Positions 59,268 through 64,000 of a DNA stretch of 64,000 nucleotides are shown here, in pieces. Source of the stretch: Pseudomonadota bacterium (GTDB lineage Bacteria; Bdellovibrionota_G; JALEGL01; DATDPG01); assembly GCA_043809315.1 (NCBI GenBank), contig JAZDDX010000020.1:1-64000 (forward strand), given 5' to 3'. Position 1 is the first letter of the stretch. Each line of letters begins with the position of its first letter. A model generated the notes under the pieces. It ran no database searches. It had not been told where the DNA came from and saw only the letters and a program-made list of their open reading frames with translations. Position numbers and translations under genes: made by a program.

Positions 59268-59293
59268 GAAGTTCGACTCAAATCGAACCGGCA

Positions 59294-59322
59294 CTCTTAT
59301 CAAACGTGACGCATAAAGTCAA
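59294..59322 (-). promoter_or_regulatory. Putative promoter of the large RelE-domain gene
   Basis: TTGACT-17 nt-(TGA)TAAGAG on the minus strand. Confidence 0.45.
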
Positions 59323-59393
59323 TTGGGCTGTCGCTTTTTGTTGTCTGTTTCCAATGGGTTATCTATCTCTGGTGCCGACCGCCGTTCCGTGAT

Positions 59394-59421
59394 GTGACAC
59401 AAAGTTGAAGATCCGTATAAT
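59394..59421 (+). promoter_or_regulatory. Putative promoter of aconitase
   Basis: GTGACA-16 nt-TATAAT, 10 nt before the ATG, no SD. Confidence 0.55.
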
Positions 59422-59431
59422 CCCCCCCGCC

Positions 59432-61651
59432 ATGGAACCGAGAAACGCCCTGACCCCAGCCACCACCCTCTACTCGACCTATACCGCCCGGGTGACCGCC
59501 GCCCGGAAGAGTCTCGGCCGACCGCTGACGCTGACCGAGAAGATCCTCTACAGCCATCTCTTGAACTCCGACAGCCGGCCGTTCGAGCGGGGGAAGAGCA
59601 TCCTCGAGATCCGCCCCGACCGTGTCGTCATGCAGGACGCCACCGCCCAAATGGCTCTCCTTCAGTTCATCTCCTCGGGCAAACAAACGGTGGACGTCGC
59701 CTCTTCGGTTCATTGCGATCACCTGATCGTCTTCGAAAAAGGGGCCGGGGAAGATCTCAAGGGGGCGCGGGTCTTGAACGGGGAGATCTACGACTTCCTC
59801 TCCACCGTCTGTAAGAAGTACGGGATCGATTTTTGGGGGCCGGGGAGCGGAATCATCCACCAGGTGTTCCTGGAGACATACGCCTTCCCCGGCGGCGTCG
59901 TGATCGGAACCGATTCCCACACCGTGAACGCCGGCGGTTTGACGATGGCGGCGATCGGCGTGGGGGGAGCGGACGCGGTCGACGCGATGGTCGGACTCCC
60001 GTGGGAAGTTCTCCATCCCAAGGTGATCGGCGTCCATCTCACCGGCAAACTTTCCGGTTGGACTTCCCCGAAAGACATCGTTCTCAAGGTTCTCGAGATC
60101 CTGACCTGTGCCGGAGGGACGAACCACGCGATCGAGTATTTCGGCGAGGGGGCCGAATCGATCAGCGCGACCGGAAAAGCGACGATCGCCAACATGTGCG
60201 CCGAGCTCGGCGGAACGATGTCGGTCTTTCCGTACGATTCGAAGATCGAGGCGTACCTGAAGCTCACGGGGCGCGATTCGATCGCAACGCTCGTCCGTCC
60301 GCTCGCCTGCGAATTGAGACCGGATCCGGAGATCTTCAAAACCCCCGCGAAATATTATGACCGGGTGATCGAGATCGATCTCGCAAAGCTCGAGCCGATG
60401 GTCGGCGGGCCCCACTCCCCTGACGTCGTCCACCCGATTTCGAAGCTGGCCGATCACATCCGGAAGAACAACTACCCGGCTGCGATCGATGTGGCTCTGA
60501 TCGGAAGTTGCACGAACTCTTCGTACGAGGATATCGGTCGCGCCGCTCACGTCGCGAAACAGGCGCTGGAAAAAGGGATCAGGCTCAAGACGAAATTGGT
60601 CGTCACCCCCGGATCGGAAACGGTCTACGCAACCGCGAAGCGGGACGGACTCTTCGAACCTCTGATGAAGCTCGGAGCGGAGATCGGTGCGAACGCCTGC
60701 GGCCCCTGCATCGGGCAATGGAAACGGGAAGGGGCCAAGAAAGAGGAGCCGAACTCGATCGTGACGTCGTTCAATCGGAACTTCACGGGACGGAATGACG
60801 GGAACCCGAACACCTGCGCCTTCATCGCGAGTCCGGAACTGGTGATGGCTCTCGCCTGTACCGGCACGCTTCTCACCGACCCGACGAAGGGGGAACTCGA
60901 CCCGCCCGTGGCGGAGGAACTCCCGCCGAAAGGGTTCTCCCAGGTGGCCCCCGAGCCGACTTCGCCGGACGCGAAGCTCGAGCTCCGCGTTCTTCCGCAG
61001 AGCGAACGCCTCCAACTTCTGACCCCGTTCTCGGCCCCCAAGGCGGGAGAGCTCAAGGAGATGCCGATCCTTCTCAAAGTTTCCGGGAAGTGTACGACGG
61101 ATCACATTTCTCCCGCAGGGCCATGGCTTCGATACCGAGGACACCTGGAAAAGATCAGCGACAACCTGTTCTTCGGGGCGATGAACGCCTTCAGCGGGAA
61201 GAAGGGGACGGTTGCGGACGGCCGCCCGCTTCAAGAGGCGGCGAAAGAGTGGAAGAAGCAGGGGAAGAAGTGGGTCGCGGTCGGTGACGTGAACTACGGC
61301 GAGGGGTCGAGCCGGGAGCATGCCGCCATGTCCCCCCGCTTTTTGAACTGCGGGGCGGTCATCGCGAAGAGTTTCGCCCGGATCCACGAAACGAACCTCA
61401 AGAAACAGGGGATCGTACCGCTCACGTTTGCCGATCCGAAGAGCTACGACCTTCTGGAGGCAAGCGATACGATTTCCCTTCCGGACGTGACGGAGATCAA
61501 GCCGGGATTACCTGTTTCTGCAACGCTTCGGAAAAAAGACGGGAGAGAGGTTCGTTTTGAGTGCAGAAGTTCGCTGACGACGGAACAGATCGATTGGCTG
61601 AAAGCCGGAAGCGCGCTCAATGCGATCCGGGCGAAGTTGAAACAGGGCTGA
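59432..61651 (+). CDS. acn: Aconitate hydratase (mitochondrial-like clade)
   Basis: RPLTLTEKIL, MQDATAQMA, HCDH, GIIHQ, DSHT, IGSCTNSSYED, NACGPCIGQW, SFNRNF, CTTDHIS, NYGEGSSREHAA. Confidence 0.95.
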   Translation: MEPRNALTPATTLYSTYTARVTAARKSLGRPLTLTEKILYSHLLNSDSRPFERGKSILEIRPDRVVMQDATAQMALLQFISSGKQTVDVASSVHCDHLIVFEKGAGEDLKGARVLNGEIYDFLSTVCKKYGIDFWGPGSGIIHQVFLETYAFPGGVVIGTDSHTVNAGGLTMAAIGVGGADAVDAMVGLPWEVLHPKVIGVHLTGKLSGWTSPKDIVLKVLEILTCAGGTNHAIEYFGEGAESISATGKATIANMCAELGGTMSVFPYDSKIEAYLKLTGRDSIATLVRPLACELRPDPEIFKTPAKYYDRVIEIDLAKLEPMVGGPHSPDVVHPISKLADHIRKNNYPAAIDVALIGSCTNSSYEDIGRAAHVAKQALEKGIRLKTKLVVTPGSETVYATAKRDGLFEPLMKLGAEIGANACGPCIGQWKREGAKKEEPNSIVTSFNRNFTGRNDGNPNTCAFIASPELVMALACTGTLLTDPTKGELDPPVAEELPPKGFSQVAPEPTSPDAKLELRVLPQSERLQLLTPFSAPKAGELKEMPILLKVSGKCTTDHISPAGPWLRYRGHLEKISDNLFFGAMNAFSGKKGTVADGRPLQEAAKEWKKQGKKWVAVGDVNYGEGSSREHAAMSPRFLNCGAVIAKSFARIHETNLKKQGIVPLTFADPKSYDLLEASDTISLPDVTEIKPGLPVSATLRKKDGREVRFECRSSLTTEQIDWLKAGSALNAIRAKLKQG

Positions 61652-61657
61652 TCCGTT

Positions 61658-62230
61658 CTACTTCACTGTAGCGTCCCGGAAGGCCTTTAGGAGTTCGACG
61701 CTACAAACCAGTGCATTCCAAAGTTCCGGGTTCTTATCTTTGGAGTTCATGAACGTCCAGAGCACGGGAATCCCTTTTTGGTCCCCGCGTGGATCCAGTT
61801 CGCCCCATGCATTGATCTCACGCGCGAGGCTCACGCAATTTCCGGGGTTTCTGGAACAGTCTATCTTTGTCGTCTTGGCCCATCCCTCGTCATCAACGAC
61901 CCATTTCCAGACGATCTTCGGGTCGAAGCTGAAAGCGTAGGTCCGATGAACACATCGCTCTCGGTCTTCGTCCCATCGTTCGCAGAAGTCGAATCGGAAA
62001 ACGCCGTCCGCCGGATCGATCTCGACCGTATGAAGTTGTCGCTTTTCCTCGTGACGTGCAAACGTCAGTCGCTGATCAGCACCGATGATGACTTTTGCGG
62101 GAAAGGTGACTTTGACGTGATTTTCCCCGCATTCCGCGGGCTTCTCGAACGTTCGGTCGAAGACATCATGCGACCCCGCCGTTGCAACAGGAACCAGGAA
62201 AAGAACGGCACCTGCAAGAAGTCGTTTCAT
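61658..62230 (-). CDS. Secreted hypothetical protein with six Cys
   Basis: Signal peptide MKRLLAGAVLFLVPVATA; has a paralogous fragment immediately upstream. Confidence 0.75.
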   Translation of the reverse strand: MKRLLAGAVLFLVPVATAGSHDVFDRTFEKPAECGENHVKVTFPAKVIIGADQRLTFARHEEKRQLHTVEIDPADGVFRFDFCERWDEDRERCVHRTYAFSFDPKIVWKWVVDDEGWAKTTKIDCSRNPGNCVSLAREINAWGELDPRGDQKGIPVLWTFMNSKDKNPELWNALVCSVELLKAFRDATVK

Positions 62231-62407
62231 TTCGCGCGGCCTCTCATGAAATTTTCAAACGCGTCCAGGAGGGTCACGGCGCAGACGAGCGTGTTCCAGG
62301 TACGGTCGGTCCGATCATCGGAATCCATATGGTCCCAAACACTCGGGAATTCCTTTCCCGGAACCGAGCAGAAGAGCCCCGACGATGATCCCACTCGCAA
62401 CTTTCAC
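62227..62407 (-). pseudogene. Internally deleted, frameshifted paralog of the 190-aa secreted protein
   Basis: GTG start after AGGGGG gives signal-like MKVASGIIVGALLLGSG. Another frame gives KEFPSVWDHMDSDDRTDRTWNTLVCAVTLLDAF, which aligns with KGIPVLWTFMNSKDKNPELWNALVCSVELLKAF. Its stop overlaps the downstream ATG. Confidence 0.75.
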
Positions 62408-62427
62408 AAACCCCCTAAACGGGCGGA

Positions 62428-62456
62428 GGGATACTCGAAATAACGCGCTATGTCAA
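62428..62456 (-). promoter_or_regulatory. Sigma70-type promoter for the secreted paralog pair
   Basis: TTGACA-17 nt-TATCCC on the minus strand. Confidence 0.55.
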
Positions 62457-62650
62457 CGCGGGGTCTTAAACCCGGCCTGCTTGTGCGCCCCATCGCAATA
62501 CGGCTTCTTCGCGCTCGCCCCGCACCGGCAAAGTGCGGTCGGCGACTCTCCGCTGCCTCCGATCACTTTCCCGTCCGCCGCGAGCAGCGCAAAGTCCCCC
62601 GTCACGAGGATCGGTCCGTCATCCAACAGCTTGATTTCGGTCTTTTTCAT
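62453..62650 (-). CDS. CDGSH iron-sulfur domain protein
   Basis: DGPILV.G...ALCRCGAS.KKPYCDGAH...GF. Confidence 0.93.
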   Translation of the reverse strand: MKKTEIKLLDDGPILVTGDFALLAADGKVIGGSGESPTALCRCGASAKKPYCDGAHKQAGFKTPR

Positions 62651-62680
62651 AGCGGGCGGATCTTACCGGCCCTCGGATAC

Positions 62681-64000
62681 CTAAAACAAGTACCTCAGGT
62701 CCATTCCCAGGAAGATGTTGTACCCCTCCTGGTTCTGGACGTACCCCTTCCCGGTGGCCCGCTCCAAAGCTGCGGTCGGCGAAACTACGAGCCGGCCGTC
62801 CGCCAATAACCAGTCAGGCTGAATCTCCAGCCGCACCCTTTGATCGGGAACCTGATAGGCGGGGTAAATCGTCTGGATCGGACTCCGGTCGGGGGCTTTC
62901 GACAACCGCTCGCGAATCTCGTACCCGAGGGAGGTCTTGAAGATGAAGCGAGGGGAACGGAAATATCGGCCGATGAAATAAAATCCCAAGGCACCGGGGC
63001 CGAGGGGAGTGCCGAGCGAACGTCCCTTGAACGTGAGGCCATCCGAAAACGAGCTATGCGAGTAGGCGACCTGCGACGTGCGGACCCACTCGAACGCCAG
63101 ATCCAATTTCCCCGCGGGATCGACCCTCGGAATCAGAAGGCCGGCCAGCGTGGCGAAGTCGCGCGGGTTCACCAGAGCCTTGCTGCAGCAGTCCTCCATC
63201 ATCGCCTCGAAATACGGTTCGATCCCCAAGTTCGGAATCCGGTACCGGCCGGTTAAGAGAAAGTTCCGGTTCGCGGAGGAGTTCCCTCCCTTTCCGAAGT
63301 AGTCGGTGATGATCACGGCCGGGTTGTTCGTTGAAGCACCGGTGCCGCCGAAGACAACCGTTCCGCCGATTCCGAACTCGAGGTTCGGTGTCGGGCTGGA
63401 ATCGAAGAAGAAGCCGAAGAGACGCGCATTCGGGAAATTGTAATGATCCCCCAGAAACGCCAGGAACCCTTCGAACTGCGTCGGACCCAGGAATTTCAGG
63501 AATCCGGGAGGGACGACCGGCTGATCGGAACGGATCCGCCCCATCCAGAGCGGCCTCGTGTCCCCCGAGAAAAGAAGATGGGTTGCGCGACCGTTCCCCC
63601 ATTCGATGTTCCCGAGTCCTCCTTCGACGGCGAGATCCCGGATCCGGATCGAGCCGAACCCCTCGCCCAGGAAGAACTCGGAGGCGTCCCCGCCGAACTC
63701 ATCGCGCGACGAGTAGAGGAAGTTGGGACGGGCCGAAAAACCGAAATACGGGGTCAACGTCCCCTCGATCCGGGCACCGATCGATTGCATGAACCCGCCG
63801 CCGTTAAACATCCCGCCGTTCTGCGCAAGGGACGGGTTGCTGGTCGCGGCGATCCCGATCAGCTGGATCGGGTACGATTTCACGTATGAGGTACCGATCT
63901 GAGTCTCCATCCGGAGATGAAGCGGGCCCGCTTCGATCGACTCGCGCCGGAGCCGTTTGACCTCCAAAACTTGAGATTCTTTCTCCGAATCATCGGTCAG
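62681..64000 (-). CDS. Capsule assembly Wzi-family outer-membrane beta-barrel; 5' end lies beyond the window
   Basis: WGNG...LLFS, PNLEFG....FGG, Y.H.......G..LG..LGP, C-terminal YLF; the frame stays open to base 64000. Confidence 0.7.
   Translation of the reverse strand: MTDDSEKESQVLEVKRLRRESIEAGPLHLRMETQIGTSYVKSYPIQLIGIAATSNPSLAQNGGMFNGGGFMQSIGARIEGTLTPYFGFSARPNFLYSSRDEFGGDASEFFLGEGFGSIRIRDLAVEGGLGNIEWGNGRATHLLFSGDTRPLWMGRIRSDQPVVPPGFLKFLGPTQFEGFLAFLGDHYNFPNARLFGFFFDSSPTPNLEFGIGGTVVFGGTGASTNNPAVIITDYFGKGGNSSANRNFLLTGRYRIPNLGIEPYFEAMMEDCCSKALVNPRDFATLAGLLIPRVDPAGKLDLAFEWVRTSQVAYSHSSFSDGLTFKGRSLGTPLGPGALGFYFIGRYFRSPRFIFKTSLGYEIRERLSKAPDRSPIQTIYPAYQVPDQRVRLEIQPDWLLADGRLVVSPTAALERATGKGYVQNQEGYNIFLGMDLRYLF

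Noticed and set aside
59363-61387. 674-aa minus-strand ORF, and similar long antisense ORFs (9006-10226, 35689-36963, 53655-54920)
   Set aside because: They lie opposite well-conserved genes, have no motifs, and are the shadow ORFs expected in GC-rich DNA.

Overview
A GC-rich, very gene-dense bacterial window, almost certainly from a Gram-negative (diderm) organism, since it encodes outer-membrane beta-barrels and lipoproteins. I cannot assign the taxon from sequence alone. Most of the window is an anaerobic energy and central-carbon cluster with three redox operons. The first is hdrCBA-flxDCBA. The second is hdrA'-qmoC-hdrA''-mvhDGA-protease, which looks like a membrane-anchored, Qmo-like, possibly electron-bifurcating group 3c [NiFe]-hydrogenase with no apr/sat/dsr genes nearby. 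The third is a group 3b sulfhydrogenase-type operon with divergent hypAB. Six TCA-cycle steps (mdh, gltA, acn, icd, a 2-oxoacid:ferredoxin oxidoreductase, fumA), malic enzyme, an aminotransferase, zwf/pgl and an atypical transketolase are interspersed. Best novelty candidates: (1) the Qmo-like Hdr/Mvh complex, whose two HdrA copies have lost complementary domains; (2) a ~976-aa exported or membrane protein ending in a RelE/YafQ-like RNase domain with no immunity gene; (3) a shared FNR/CRP-type palindrome (TGAY-N4-RTCA) in four intergenic regions upstream of the redox and malate operons; (4) a histidine kinase with a Rossmann-like input domain; (5) frequent leaderless-type gene starts. I saw no rRNA, tRNA, CRISPR array, integrase or transposase. 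All calls rest on motifs recognised by eye; no database search was run.
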